Assembly (NCBI GenBank): GCA_038046385.1
Contig: JBBSWH010000004.1
Span: 1-64,000 of the forward strand
DNA length: 64,000 nt
Origin: Nanobdellota archaeon
GTDB lineage: Archaea; Nanobdellota; Nanobdellia; Woesearchaeales; GW2011-AR4
Reading direction: 5' to 3'
Notes under the pieces: model-generated
What the model was told of the DNA's origin: nothing
Seen by the model: only the letters and a program-made list of their open reading frames with translations
Database searches by the model: none
Position numbers and translations under genes: made by a program
Part shown: positions 30,260 through 40,915 of the stretch, piece by piece
Layout of the letters: every line of letters starts with the position of its first letter
Position numbering within the stretch: position 1 is the first letter of the stretch

Positions 30260-31918
30260 ATGGCAAAAGAAGCAGAAAAATATATTCCGGTCGCAGATGA
30301 GCTTGCGAAAAGGCAGAAAGAAATTTCTGTAGCCGAATTCTTCACTAAAAACAGGCACCTTCTTGGATTTGACAACAAGAGAAAAGCGCTTTTGATGACT
30401 GTCAAGGAAGCTGTCGATAATTCTTTGGATGCATGCGAGGAAGCAAGAGTCTTGCCGGAAATAACAGTCGAAATCATAGAGATGTCAGAATATAAGTACA
30501 AGGTTGTGATTGAAGACAACGGCCCAGGCATAGTCAAAAAGCAGATTCCAAACATTTTCGCAAAGCTTCTTTACGGAAGCAAGTTTCACACTTTAAAACA
30601 GGCAAGAGGCCAGCAGGGAATTGGAATAAGCGCAGCCGTGCTTTATGCCCAGTTGACGACAGGAAGGCCTGTAAAAATCACATCAAGAATCGGAAATAAG
30701 GAGCCTGCGCATTATTATGAGCTGAATATAGACACTCAAAACAACAAGCCAGTAATAGCAAAAGAAGAGATAGTTGAATGGCACAGAGAACATGGAACAA
30801 GAGTGGAAATTGACCTAGAAGCAGAATACCTCAAAGGTAACCAGTCTGTTGATGAATACCTTAAGCAGACAGCAGTCATAAACCCACATATCACAATAAT
30901 TTACACTAATCCAAAATCAGAGCAGGTAATCTATGCAAGAGGCACGGACAATTTACCGGATGAAGCAAAAGAAATCAAGCCGCATCCTTACGGAATTGAA
31001 TTAGGAATGCTTCTTGATAAGCTAAGGTGGACAGAATCCAGAACGCTGCAAAGCTTCCTTACATCAGAATTCTCAAGAGTCGGCCCAGGAACAGCAAAGG
31101 AAATCTGCGAGCATGCTGCTGTTTTGCCGAATACAAAGCCATCTGAAGTTTCAAGAGATATGGGGGAAAGGCTTATCCATGGAATCCAAAAAACAAAAAT
31201 AATTGCCCCTCCGACAGACTGCCTAAGCCCTATAGGGAAAGAGCTGCTTGAAAAAGGGCTGAGAAAAGAAATAAAAGCAGAGTTTTACTGCACAACCTCA
31301 AGGCCGCCTTCTGTTTACCGCGGAAATCCGTTTATAATTGAAGTTGGTGTTGCATACGGCGGAGAGATTCCAAAAGATGAAAAAGTCAACATACTAAGAT
31401 TTGCAAACCGTGTTCCGCTGCTTTATCAGGAAGGGGCATGTGGAATGACAGATTCCATAACAGAAACAAGCTGGAAGCCATACGGCTTAAACCAGTCTGG
31501 TGATTCCATCCCGGTAGGCCCTGCTGTCATCCTCGTGCATATGTCATCTGTCTGGGTTCCGTTCACATCAGAGTCAAAAGAAGCAATAGCCCATTATGCT
31601 GAAATCATAAAAGAAATAAAATTAGGATTGCAGGAATGCGGAAGGCTGCTTGGATCTTACGTAAGAAAAAAATACAAAGTTTCTGAACAGATAGAAAGGG
31701 CAAATATGTTTGAACGATACATTCCTGAAATTGCAGATTCATTATCAGTCTTATCAGGAGAGAAAAAAGAGAAGATACTCCAGGGCTTGCAGAAAATGCT
31801 TGTCAAGCCGGAAATAAAAAACGAAATAATACAGGACGACGAAGACGATAAACTGTACAGGATGGATTTTAAAAATAAGAAGGAAGAAAATGAAGAAGCA
31901 AGAGAAGAAACCGGTTAA
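30260..31918 (+). CDS. top6B: DNA topoisomerase VI subunit B
   Basis: [33 protein letters not shown]. Confidence 0.96.
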   Translation: MAKEAEKYIPVADELAKRQKEISVAEFFTKNRHLLGFDNKRKALLMTVKEAVDNSLDACEEARVLPEITVEIIEMSEYKYKVVIEDNGPGIVKKQIPNIFAKLLYGSKFHTLKQARGQQGIGISAAVLYAQLTTGRPVKITSRIGNKEPAHYYELNIDTQNNKPVIAKEEIVEWHREHGTRVEIDLEAEYLKGNQSVDEYLKQTAVINPHITIIYTNPKSEQVIYARGTDNLPDEAKEIKPHPYGIELGMLLDKLRWTESRTLQSFLTSEFSRVGPGTAKEICEHAAVLPNTKPSEVSRDMGERLIHGIQKTKIIAPPTDCLSPIGKELLEKGLRKEIKAEFYCTTSRPPSVYRGNPFIIEVGVAYGGEIPKDEKVNILRFANRVPLLYQEGACGMTDSITETSWKPYGLNQSGDSIPVGPAVILVHMSSVWVPFTSESKEAIAHYAEIIKEIKLGLQECGRLLGSYVRKKYKVSEQIERANMFERYIPEIADSLSVLSGEKKEKILQGLQKMLVKPEIKNEIIQDDEDDKLYRMDFKNKKEENEEAREETG

Positions 31919-32978
31919 GCAGCTTGAAGAGCTTGGAAGCAAGCTTGTTGCAGATATTGAAAAAGGCAAAAACCCAACTATAGAATTCAGCCTAAGAAGC
32001 TTATCTAACGTTGTTTTTGACAAAGACACAAAGACTTTAGGATTAGGAGAGAAGCTGCAGCAGAGATCTTTTTTCAATGTTGGCCACGCAAAAAAGTTTT
32101 TGCAGACTCTTGAAGTTGCAAAAGTGAGCAAGAATCTGCTTGATGTTGGAAAGCACGCAAGCTTAAGAGATGTTTTCTACATGGCAAAGAGGACTATTGC
32201 AAATTCCAACATAAACATTGTTGATGATCAAAGTGAGAGCGACAAATCTTTGGAAGATTTAGAGCTTATAACTGACTTGTCAAGGGAACAATTAAACATA
32301 AACGCCAATAAAATGGGTTCTGTTGCCGGCAACGTTACAATTGAAGATTCTGGCGACATAATAAACTGGGCAAAGCTCGGAAGCGGAGGATGGAGCATCC
32401 CTTCAAATGTTGAAGAAATAGAATTCAAAAGCGTAAAAGCCAAGTATATCATTTACATGGAAAAACAGGCCGTCTGGGAAAGATTGCATGAGGATAAATT
32501 CTGGGAAAAGCAGAACTGCATCATCGTAACATCACAGGGCCAGACAACAAGAGGGATAAGAAGGCTCCTTCAAAGGCTGTCGCAGGAGCACGATCTTCCG
32601 CTGTATGTGCTTGCAGACTTTGACCCGTGGGGTTTCTACATATATTCTGTTTTGAAATTCGGCTCAATCAACCTTGCGCACATGTCAGGCACAATGACTT
32701 TGCAGAATGCAAGATTCCTTGGGATAACTGGAGATGATGCAAACAACTATGATTTAAAAAAGCATTTCATCAAGTTCAAAGACGTCGATATGACCAGATT
32801 AAAGCAGATTTCGGAGTATGACTGGTTCAAGAAAAACAAAGAGTGGCAAAGGCAGTTTAAAATGATGAAAGACTTTGGAGCCAAGCTGGAAATCCAGGCA
32901 CTGTCTTCAAAAGGGATAACATTTATATCTGATAAATACCTTCCTGAAAAGATAAGAAAAGGCGAGTTTTTAGAATAG
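31890..32978 (+). CDS. top6A: DNA topoisomerase VI subunit A
   Basis: LRDVFY, MEK, ADFDPWG, KLEIQAL. Confidence 0.95.
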   Translation: MKKQEKKPVKQLEELGSKLVADIEKGKNPTIEFSLRSLSNVVFDKDTKTLGLGEKLQQRSFFNVGHAKKFLQTLEVAKVSKNLLDVGKHASLRDVFYMAKRTIANSNINIVDDQSESDKSLEDLELITDLSREQLNINANKMGSVAGNVTIEDSGDIINWAKLGSGGWSIPSNVEEIEFKSVKAKYIIYMEKQAVWERLHEDKFWEKQNCIIVTSQGQTTRGIRRLLQRLSQEHDLPLYVLADFDPWGFYIYSVLKFGSINLAHMSGTMTLQNARFLGITGDDANNYDLKKHFIKFKDVDMTRLKQISEYDWFKKNKEWQRQFKMMKDFGAKLEIQALSSKGITFISDKYLPEKIRKGEFLE

Positions 32979-32979
32979 A

Positions 32980-33126
32980 ATGGAAAAAGAAGAAAAGCCA
33001 AAAAATGTCCCTTCATGCTGCATCGGCTGCGTCCGATGGGAACGCCATGGCAAAAGCTGCTGGTATTACTGGGAAGGCAAGAAGCACTGCACAGTCTGGA
33101 CAGACACATTTGACCAGCTGGTTTAA
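32980..33126 (+). CDS. Small Cys/Trp-rich protein (48 aa), possible metal-binding microprotein
   Basis: MEKEEKPKNVPSCCIGCVRWERHGKSCWYYWEGKKHCTVWTDTFDQLV; starts 1 nt after the top6A stop. Confidence 0.65.
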   Translation: MEKEEKPKNVPSCCIGCVRWERHGKSCWYYWEGKKHCTVWTDTFDQLV

Positions 33127-33150
33127 GGATTTCTAGTTTTTAAATGAATG

Positions 33151-33203
33151 GGCGAGCCGGTTATGGTGCCGGCGAGCTGTAACATATGTGCGAAGCACGG
33201 AAA
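33151..33203 (+). repeat. ~55-nt structured element (putative pseudoknot + hairpin), copy 1
   Basis: Homologous to the reverse complement of 61579-61637, with a compensatory base-pair change. Confidence 0.75.
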
Positions 33204-33279
33204 TTAATTGATTATGTTACAATTACCTAACCTGTCTTCTTAATAAAGTTAATAAACCATATTAAGATACTCCCATACT

Positions 33280-35040
33280 ATGGAATACTCGAAGCTTGTT
33301 GAGATTTACGAAGCGTTAAACAAGACTACAAAACGTCTGGAAAAGGTGCATATAATATCGGAATTTCTTAAAGACATTAATGTTAATGAAATGGAACAAA
33401 CAGTTCTTCTTCTTGAAGGGAGAGTATTCCCGATTTACGACCAGCGAGAAATAGGCGTTGCATCCAGATCAATGCTGAAGGCCATGAATCTTGCAACAGG
33501 AATAAGTGTTGAACAGATAGAAGCAGAGTGGAAAACCCTTGGCGATCTTGGAATTGTTGCAGAAAAAATTGTAAAAGGCAAAAAACAATACACCCTCCAT
33601 TCTGAAAAACTTTCTGTAAAAAAGGTTTTTGAAAATATTAGAAAGCTTGCTGAGCTTGAAGGGCATGGAACTGTTGACAGAAAAACACAGCTGATAGCTG
33701 AGCTTTTGACATCGGCAACGCCAATAGAGGCAAAATACATTGTAAAAACCGTTCTTAGCGAAATGAGAATTGGCGTTGGTGAAGGTTCTATGCGTGATGC
33801 AATCACATGGGCATTTTTCGGCAAGGATACCGGAGTCAAATACACAAGGGAAGGAAATGATATAGAAGTTGAAAACCGTGAAGTTTACAACAAATATCTT
33901 GACGCTGTGCAGCACGCTTATGACATGACAAATGAATTCTATGAAGTTGCAAAAGCCGCTAAATTAAACGGATTGAATGGCCTTGCATCAATGAAGATGA
34001 AAACAGGCATCCCGATAAAAGTAATGCTTTCATTGAAAACAGACACAATTGAAGAAGGATTTGAAACGGTTGGAAAGCCTGCTGCTTTGGAATTCAAGTA
34101 CGATGGATTCAGGATACAGGCGCATAAAGATGGAGATAAAATAACTTTGTTTACAAGACGGCTTGAGAATGTCACAAACCAATTTCCTGATATTGTTAAG
34201 TTTGTCATGGATAATGTTGACGGAAAATCTTTCATAATTGATTCTGAAGCAGTCGGCTACAATAAAAAAACAGGAAAGTACATGCCGTTCCAGAACATTT
34301 CCCAGAGGATAAAAAGAAAATATGATATTGACAGGATGGCAAATGATTTTCCTGTAGAGCTTAATGTTTTTGACATAATCTCTTATGGCGGGCAGAGCAT
34401 GATAAGCGAGCCCTTTGAAAAAAGAAGAAAGCTGCTTGAAAAAATAGTAAAGCAGGAGCCGAAAAAAATAATGCTCTCAAAGATTTTAATAACAGAAAGC
34501 GAAAAAGACGTTGAAGCATTCTTCAAACAGGCAGTTAATGCAGGAAATGAAGGATTGATGTTCAAATCATTAAGCGCGCCTTACAAGCCAGGCGCAAGAG
34601 TCGGCCATATGATAAAGTTCAAGAGTGTTATGGAAACACTTGACCTTGCCATAACAGGGGCTGACTGGGGAGAAGGCAAAAGATCAAACTGGCTTTCCAG
34701 CTATGCTATTTCGTGCATCAATGAAGATGGCAATTTTGTAGAAATTGGAAGGGTTAGCACAGGATTGAAGGAAAAGGAAGAAGAAGGCCTAAGTTTTCTT
34801 GAGATGACCCGTATTTTGCAGCCGTTGATAATAAAAGAAGAAGGAAAAACAGTTTCAGTAAAGCCAAAGATTGTGATTGAAATCGCATATGAGGAGATAC
34901 AGAAAAGCCCTTCTTACACATCAGGATACGCTTTAAGATTCCCTCGCATAATTTGCCTCAGAGTCGAGAAAGGTCCAGAGGATGTGTCCACACTAGACTA
35001 TGTAGAAAAACTTTACGAGTCCCAAAAGAAGCGTTCTTGA
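33280..35040 (+). CDS. lig: ATP-dependent DNA ligase
   Basis: EFKYDGFR, EGLMFK, ALRFPR. Confidence 0.96.
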   Translation: MEYSKLVEIYEALNKTTKRLEKVHIISEFLKDINVNEMEQTVLLLEGRVFPIYDQREIGVASRSMLKAMNLATGISVEQIEAEWKTLGDLGIVAEKIVKGKKQYTLHSEKLSVKKVFENIRKLAELEGHGTVDRKTQLIAELLTSATPIEAKYIVKTVLSEMRIGVGEGSMRDAITWAFFGKDTGVKYTREGNDIEVENREVYNKYLDAVQHAYDMTNEFYEVAKAAKLNGLNGLASMKMKTGIPIKVMLSLKTDTIEEGFETVGKPAALEFKYDGFRIQAHKDGDKITLFTRRLENVTNQFPDIVKFVMDNVDGKSFIIDSEAVGYNKKTGKYMPFQNISQRIKRKYDIDRMANDFPVELNVFDIISYGGQSMISEPFEKRRKLLEKIVKQEPKKIMLSKILITESEKDVEAFFKQAVNAGNEGLMFKSLSAPYKPGARVGHMIKFKSVMETLDLAITGADWGEGKRSNWLSSYAISCINEDGNFVEIGRVSTGLKEKEEEGLSFLEMTRILQPLIIKEEGKTVSVKPKIVIEIAYEEIQKSPSYTSGYALRFPRIICLRVEKGPEDVSTLDYVEKLYESQKKRS

Positions 35041-35068
35041 ACATTTTATTAACCACTGGACAAAAAAG

Positions 35069-35272
35069 CACTGGACATCTCTGCCTAAGATATATAAATC
35101 ACTTCTGCCTCTAAAATTAAAAAAGAGGACACACAAAACTGCTAAATAATGATTTTCGGCTTTACCATAAATCAATTATGCAGTTTCGCTTAACATTCTC
35201 TTTTTAAATGAGATTTCCTGTATTAAACACAAGGAAATCTCACGTTAGATGAGCTTTCAAGAGGTAAGTAAA
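35069..35272 (+). promoter_or_regulatory. Nuclease-associated promoter + structured leader cassette, copy 1
   Basis: CACTGGACATC..CCTAAG-A-TATATAAA; stem AAAAAGAGGA..AAAACTGC..GCAGTTTCGCTTAAC..TTCTCTTTTT; second hairpin TGAGATTTCC/GGAAATCTCA. Confidence 0.85.
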
Positions 35273-36355
35273 ATGGTGATAAGGTTAACTGACGAACAAA
35301 AAGAACAAATCAAAAACAAGTTTCAGGAGTATTTAAGTACAAATAAAACTACAAAAAATATTGCAAATGAATTAGGAGTAGAAAAATCTACCGTTGCAAA
35401 ATTTTATTCTAAATTGTTTGGAGAACAATATAAAAGAATGGCAAAATCAAAGTGTTACCAACATAATACCATATTAAGTGATAATCAAGTATTAAAATTG
35501 TTTGAAAGGTACAAGAATGGAACTCCCGTAAAAGAATTAGAAAAAATTTCAGGGGTTGGATATGGTTCTTTATGCCCAAGAATGTTAAGGTTGATTGGAG
35601 AAGAATATCAAAAAGTATCTCTAAAAAGAAAGTATGAGAAAGCAGGAAATTTCTATAGAAAAGTGATAGATTTTGATGTAAGAATTGCGTTTGAAAAGTA
35701 TAAATCAACTTCAGTATCAACGACCGCATTGGCTGATGAGTTAGGTTTAGCAGAAAGTACACTTATTTTCAGGTTTAAAAAATTGTTTGGTAACGACTAG
35801 GATATTCTTGCATTAAAAAGGAGAAATGAAAGAAAGGTTTCAAAAGAAGATTACATAAAATCTTTTGAAGAATACAAAAATTCCAATATCTCGTTAACTG
35901 ACTTAGCAAATAAGCTAAATGTAAGAATTACTTCGCTTCGCACAAGATTTTTGAGGCTATTCGGAGAAGAATATATAGAAATAGCAAAACAAAAATCTGA
36001 TGGGTCTGCGCTAAACCGAAAAGGGGTTAACGCTGAAAATATAGCTTTGGAATATTTGAAAACAAAAGGCCATGTTATAAGTGATGTAAGACATAAGGCA
36101 ATTCTCAAAGGAACCTTAAAAAGGCCTGATTTTGTGATTGATAACACTTTTGTGGAAGTTAAGAATAACTACATAAATCTTAATAAGAAAAGAGTAAAGG
36201 GCTATTTGCAAATTATAGGAGATTACCTAGGGAAAGAAACAAAAGAAGGGAAAATATTGACAAAAGGCATTATAATTTCTTTAGGTGGCTTTTCTCAAGA
36301 AGTCAGGAAGAAAGCAGAAGAAGATGGAATAACTTTGATTGATTTGAAAAAATAG
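35273..36355 (+). pseudogene. 4x HTH-repeat + Mrr-like PD-(D/E)XK nuclease gene interrupted by one in-frame TAG (35798-35800)
   Basis: ORFs 35249-35800 and 35951-36355 share a frame and the gap between them is open. Repeats end LFGEQY, LIGEEY, LFGND*, LFGEEY. C-terminus has RPDFVIDNTFVEVK..KGIIISLGGFS. Confidence 0.8.
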
Positions 36356-36400
36356 AATTCTCACCAAACCTTTAAATAGCCCTATTTATTCCTCATTCTT

Positions 36401-36826
36401 ATGATAGTCGGCTTCGCTTTTACAAAAATAACAGCAGAAAAGAATGAGTCTGCAAAGGGAAAGATAGACATAAACAATAATGTATCCATAAAAGATGTTG
36501 TGGAAGACAATCTATCTCTTGGAAAGGAAAAGCAGACTGCCTTGAAATTCACTTTTGAATTTGTTTCAAAATATGAGCCTAACCTGGGAAAAATAGGAAT
36601 TGAAGGGAATCTTCTTTACATGACCGATGCAAAGAAATCAAAAGAGATTCTTGCATCATGGAAAAAAGACAAAAAAGTCTCGCAGGATATAATGGCAGGC
36701 CTTTTGAACCATGTTCTTACAAAATGCAACATACAGGCATTGATATTAAGCCAGGACATTAACCTGCCTCCGCCAATTCCTTTGCCAAAAGTGCACATGC
36801 AGCAGAAGCAGGAAAGTAAGAATTAA
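36401..36826 (+). CDS. Archaeal hypothetical protein
   Basis: MIVGFAFTKITAEK..DINLPPPIPLP; TTTAAATA upstream. Confidence 0.75.
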   Translation: MIVGFAFTKITAEKNESAKGKIDINNNVSIKDVVEDNLSLGKEKQTALKFTFEFVSKYEPNLGKIGIEGNLLYMTDAKKSKEILASWKKDKKVSQDIMAGLLNHVLTKCNIQALILSQDINLPPPIPLPKVHMQQKQESKN

Positions 36827-36869
36827 ATAAAATTCTAATATTAATTTATCATTATTGGATTTTTGGGAA

Positions 36870-37463
36870 TTATTTTTTATTCTGCAATGATTCTTTATCT
36901 GCTCTTCCGGAATATAAGCTTTCGAGCCTTCCGCTTAAAGTTGATTGCAGATATTTATAAATTTTGTACGGATCATCAATGTATTTTAATTCGTCGTACA
37001 TTGTTCTTGTCTGAATTTGGCTTGGAGTGTACCCTCCGCCTTGTGTGCGCATGCCGCCGGTTGAATACGTCTGTGTTTTGCCGACGTCGATTTTTACAGT
37101 TCCGACAGAAAACATTTTACCAATAATTCCAACATCAACCAACAGGTTTTTTATTTCATTGAAATAAATAGACTTAAAGTCAGTTCCAATCAATCCTGAT
37201 TTTATTAAAATTCTTTTTTGGGTTACGGCATATTCTTTTATCCTGTTTGAAAAAAACTGAAACAATGATAAAATTATGCCTAAAGCAATGACCGCAGCCC
37301 CGTACATCTTAGGAAAAGATGTGGCAGCAATCAAATAAGTCCCAATCGATAAGATTATCAGCAATGAAAATATCAAACCAAAATTAAGAACTTTTCTGTT
37401 TATAATGCCGCGCCAAACTATCTTTTCGCTGGGTTCCAGAACTGCATTAATATCTGCATCCAT
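36870..37463 (-). CDS. Membrane protein with bacterial PH-like (bPH_2) domain
   Basis: Two TMs, then YAVTQKRILIKSGLIG..GTVKI. Confidence 0.75.
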   Translation of the reverse strand: MDADINAVLEPSEKIVWRGIINRKVLNFGLIFSLLIILSIGTYLIAATSFPKMYGAAVIALGIILSLFQFFSNRIKEYAVTQKRILIKSGLIGTDFKSIYFNEIKNLLVDVGIIGKMFSVGTVKIDVGKTQTYSTGGMRTQGGGYTPSQIQTRTMYDELKYIDDPYKIYKYLQSTLSGRLESLYSGRADKESLQNKK

Positions 37464-37553
37464 TTAAACGATAATAAAATAACGCATATATATATATATC
37501 GATTTAAAAATAAATAAAAAAGAAGGAAAAAATAAATTTACGTCCCTGCCAAT

Positions 37554-37611
37554 GCCAACCTTTTGCGAAAAGCTTGGCCAAAAGCGTGGGTTTCGCTACG
37601 CTCAAGCCCAC
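37554..37611. repeat. REP-like double hairpin downstream of ahcY
   Basis: GCCAACCTTTTGCGAAAAGCTTGGC and GTGGGTTTCGCTACGCTCAAGCCCAC. Confidence 0.5.
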
Positions 37612-37614
37612 TAA

Positions 37615-38874
37615 CTACGTCCCTTCCTGCCAGCTTCCCATGTAATGCTTCTGGTCTGCAGTCATCTCGTCAATTATTATTCCCATGGCATGCAGCTGTA
37701 GTTTAGCAATATCGTTATCTATATGTTCAGGAAGCTGTATGACTTTTGGCGGCATCTTTCCTTTGTTCTTCACAGCATATTCGCATGCAAGCGCCTGCCC
37801 GCAGAACGACGTTGCCATTACTTCGCTTGGATGCCCTTCTGCAACAGCAAGATTAACCAAACGCCCTTCTCCGCATACATAAATTCTTTTTAAGTCAAAA
37901 GTATACTCGTCAAGGAAAGGCCTTATATTCCTGAAGTTTGCAATCTTTTTCAATCCAGCGACGTTTATTTCAGCGTCAAAATGTCCGGAATTTGCAAGAA
38001 TTGATCCGTCTTTCATAAGCTCAATATGCTCAATATCTATTACATTTTTGTTTCCTGTAACTGTTATGAAAATGTCGCCGATTTTTGCAGCTTCTTTTAT
38101 CGGCATTACTCTGTAGCCGTCAAGCGCAGCCTGCAGTGCCCTAAACGCATCAATTTCGGTTATAATTATATTAGAACCCATTCCCTGTGCCCTTAGCGCA
38201 ACTCCTTTTCCGCAGCTTCCATAGCCGCAGACAACAACATTTTTTCCGGCAAACAGTATGTTTGTTGCCCTTATGATTCCGTCAATCGTGCTCTGCCCGG
38301 TTCCATAATAATTGTCAAGCAAATGCTTGGTCTTGTTGTCATTGACGGCAATCATCGGATACCTTAATGCGTTATCCTTTTCCATTGCCTTCAATCTTAT
38401 GATGCCGGTTGTTGTTTCCTCGCATCCTGCAATTATGCTGCTTATCAATTCTGGATGGTTTTTGTGAATTTCACTTACTAAGTCGCATCCATCGTCTATT
38501 GTTATGTTTGGCTTAAATTCTATGATTTTATTCAAATACTTGTAATAATCCTCTTTTGTCTCTCCTTTGTATGCCCACACCTTGATTCCTTCTTTTGCAA
38601 GAGCTGCAGCAACATCATCCTGCGTGCTTAATGGGTTGCATCCTGTGATTGCAACATCTGCGCCGCCTGAGATAAGGGTTCTTACAAGAATTCCTGTTTC
38701 TTTTGTAACGTGCAGTGCCATTCCAATTCTTAATCCCTTAAATGGCTGTTCAGAAAGAAACCTTTTCTTTACTTCCATCAAAGCGCTCATTCTTGACTCA
38801 GCCAGTTCAAGGTTTTTCATTCCCTGATCTGCCAGTTTCATATCCTTTACTTCGTAATTTTGATTTGTGTCCAT
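37615..38874 (-). CDS. ahcY: S-adenosylhomocysteine hydrolase
   Basis: GCNPLSTQD, EETTTG, GYGSCGKG, GRLVNL, GHP. Confidence 0.97.
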   Translation of the reverse strand: MDTNQNYEVKDMKLADQGMKNLELAESRMSALMEVKKRFLSEQPFKGLRIGMALHVTKETGILVRTLISGGADVAITGCNPLSTQDDVAAALAKEGIKVWAYKGETKEDYYKYLNKIIEFKPNITIDDGCDLVSEIHKNHPELISSIIAGCEETTTGIIRLKAMEKDNALRYPMIAVNDNKTKHLLDNYYGTGQSTIDGIIRATNILFAGKNVVVCGYGSCGKGVALRAQGMGSNIIITEIDAFRALQAALDGYRVMPIKEAAKIGDIFITVTGNKNVIDIEHIELMKDGSILANSGHFDAEINVAGLKKIANFRNIRPFLDEYTFDLKRIYVCGEGRLVNLAVAEGHPSEVMATSFCGQALACEYAVKNKGKMPPKVIQLPEHIDNDIAKLQLHAMGIIIDEMTADQKHYMGSWQEGT

Positions 38875-39009
38875 TTATATCACCAAATATGGGTAATTTC
38901 GGTATATATTTATATTTTTTTCGATAAATATTGGATAAAATCCGTAAATTATTGAAATAACTGGATAAAATAGCAAAATTTAAATATAAATTAAAAAAAT
39001 ATCTATGCC

Positions 39010-39435
39010 ATGGACGGAAAAGATATGAAAATAATTGAAATCCTGAAGCAGGATTCAAGATTGCCGATAAAAGAGATAAGCAAACGGACCAAGATACGCC
39101 CCAGTACAGTGCACCAGAGGATAAAGAACCTTCTGAAAGACGGCGTGATAGAAAAATTCACGATAAAGGCAAATAACAAAAAGATAGACCAGAATTTCAT
39201 TGTGCTGATGCTCGTAAAGGGGACAACAACAGAATATCTTGACAGCAAGATAATCCATGATGATCATGTCAAGGAGATTTTTGGAATAACGGGAGAGTAT
39301 GACATGCTTTTGAAATTGAAGTTTAAAGATGTTGAAGAATTCAATGACTTTGTTTTGAAATTCAGGAAAGAGAAAAAAGAAATTCAGTCAACAATGACGA
39401 TGATAGTGACTGCTAATTTGAAGGAAGAGGTTTAG
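39010..39435 (+). CDS. Lrp/AsnC family transcriptional regulator
   Basis: DMKIIEILKQDSR..STVHQRIKNL..GVI; ITGEYDMLL. Confidence 0.92.
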   Translation: MDGKDMKIIEILKQDSRLPIKEISKRTKIRPSTVHQRIKNLLKDGVIEKFTIKANNKKIDQNFIVLMLVKGTTTEYLDSKIIHDDHVKEIFGITGEYDMLLKLKFKDVEEFNDFVLKFRKEKKEIQSTMTMIVTANLKEEV

Positions 39436-39440
39436 AAAAG

Positions 39441-39914
39441 CTACAATTCTTTTTTCAGCGCTTCTCTAATATTTTTAATATTATCTTCTGAAATTCTGGC
39501 CAATGCATCTTTTGTTTTTACAAAAAAGCTTGAAGAGTACCTTTTGATTTCGTCAATTGCTTTTGAATCAACTGGCCTGTTGGAATAATACTGCAGATCA
39601 ATCCTTGCAGAAAATGCCTTTTCAATCATGTCGCAATCTTCTTTATCATAAAACAGTTTAAGATGCTCTTTCATAAACGCCAATGAGCAGGAGTGTATTT
39701 CGCATTTTATGCCTATTCTGAGCATCAGGGAATAAAGAGAGTAATAGAAAACATAGTAAGCCATAGTTGCTGTCCAAATCCTGCTGCTTTCAACATCCTG
39801 TAGCGCACTTATTGATTCTTCCGCCATCTTCATGTAAGAATGAGACATGTTGCTGTTTGGCTCTACAAATTCTATTCCGTTTTTCTGCTTTAGGCACCAT
39901 TTAACTGAAACCAT
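39441..39914 (-). CDS. HEPN domain protein
   Basis: AYYVFYYSLYSL, CEIHSC, ARIDLQYY. Confidence 0.8.
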   Translation of the reverse strand: MVSVKWCLKQKNGIEFVEPNSNMSHSYMKMAEESISALQDVESSRIWTATMAYYVFYYSLYSLMLRIGIKCEIHSCSLAFMKEHLKLFYDKEDCDMIEKAFSARIDLQYYSNRPVDSKAIDEIKRYSSSFFVKTKDALARISEDNIKNIREALKKEL

Positions 39915-40476
39915 GGTAATTCCTCCACGCCAGACTTATAAAATCTTCAGTTCCAAAGAGGATTATATGATTTTCCAAAATTTCCCTGCATAAGTTGTTT
40001 TTCTCTTTTAAAAGATTAATCCACTCATTTCTTGAAAAATGCTTTGCGCTTATCTGGAGTCCTAATTCTTTTCCTCCTGCATATTTGCTGTTTTTCCCTC
40101 CTATTATAAATATATCCAAGTCAGAATTGCCTTTTTGAATGTTTTTTGCATAGCTGCCGAAAATGCCAATAATGCCTTCGCCTTCTTTAAAGGCATGCGC
40201 TATCTTTCTTTCTTTGCCCATAAATTCCAGTTTTCTGGCAATCTCTGCTGTGGCAACTATATCTTTGATTTCCGTATTCTCCATATTGAGCCCATAATGC
40301 TTTAATGTCCCTTCTTTTCTCGTCTTTAATACTCCTTTTTGTTCCAATTCTTCCAAGGCCAATGCTATCCCTTTTTGGCTTAGGCTTACTTTGCCTATAA
40401 GGCTTCTTCCGTATACTTCTTTGGCATAATTGCCCAAAAACTGCTTCAAAACCTCAAAATATTTATTGTGTATCAT
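39901..40476 (-). CDS. wHTH + minimal nucleotidyltransferase; start probably 40476
   Basis: [20 protein letters not shown]. Confidence 0.85.
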   Translation of the reverse strand: MIHNKYFEVLKQFLGNYAKEVYGRSLIGKVSLSQKGIALALEELEQKGVLKTRKEGTLKHYGLNMENTEIKDIVATAEIARKLEFMGKERKIAHAFKEGEGIIGIFGSYAKNIQKGNSDLDIFIIGGKNSKYAGGKELGLQISAKHFSRNEWINLLKEKNNLCREILENHIILFGTEDFISLAWRNYHGFS

Positions 40477-40494
40477 TTTACACAATTGTGTAAA
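40477..40494. promoter_or_regulatory. Perfect 18-bp palindrome (putative operator) between the TATA box and ATG of MNT-HEPN pair 2
   Basis: TTTACACAATTGTGTAAA. Confidence 0.6.
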
Positions 40495-40630
40495 TTATTA
40501 CATATTTAAATCTTTCTGTTTTGAGAAGTGTATTGTTGCTGTAAAAGATTGTATGCAACTGCAATATAGTATTCAAACTGAAGGAAGAGATTTAGAAATG
40601 TTTAAATACCACCTTTTCAAAAGATATAAG

Positions 40631-40873
40631 ATGCTCAAAAGAGGATTTTTGTATTTTGTTATATTTGCGTTAGTTCTGTCATTATCTTCAATTGTTTATG
40701 CTGCCTCTCCGGCAGCACAGCCGCCAAGCCAGCCAGCCGCACCACAGACAGCTTCACAATCATCATGCGCAGGAAGATGCGGAAATTATGATTCAGCCAA
40801 ATCATGCCAGTGTGATTCTGCATGCGCAAATTACGGCGACTGCTGCTCTGACAAGAAAACAGTGTGCGGTTAA
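40631..40873 (+). CDS. Secreted 80-aa protein with a somatomedin-B (SMB)-like domain
   Basis: Signal peptide, Pro/Ala/Gln linker, [36 protein letters not shown] (8-Cys SMB spacing). Confidence 0.8.
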   Translation: MLKRGFLYFVIFALVLSLSSIVYAASPAAQPPSQPAAPQTASQSSCAGRCGNYDSAKSCQCDSACANYGDCCSDKKTVCG

Positions 40874-40915
40874 AAAAATATTCTTGACTGAGTAAATTTA
40901 ATGTAATTAAAAATC

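Noticed and set aside
33151-33203. Element as an integron attC site or an HDV/twister/pistol ribozyme
   Set aside because: It lacks a paired RYYYAAC/GTTRRRY arrangement and the conserved core nucleotides of those ribozymes; no integrase is present
35798-35800. TAG as a recoded codon (alternative genetic code or pyrrolysine)
   Set aside because: TAG terminates conserved genes here (glyA, top6A, ahcY) at their expected ends, so a Tyr-to-stop point change is simpler
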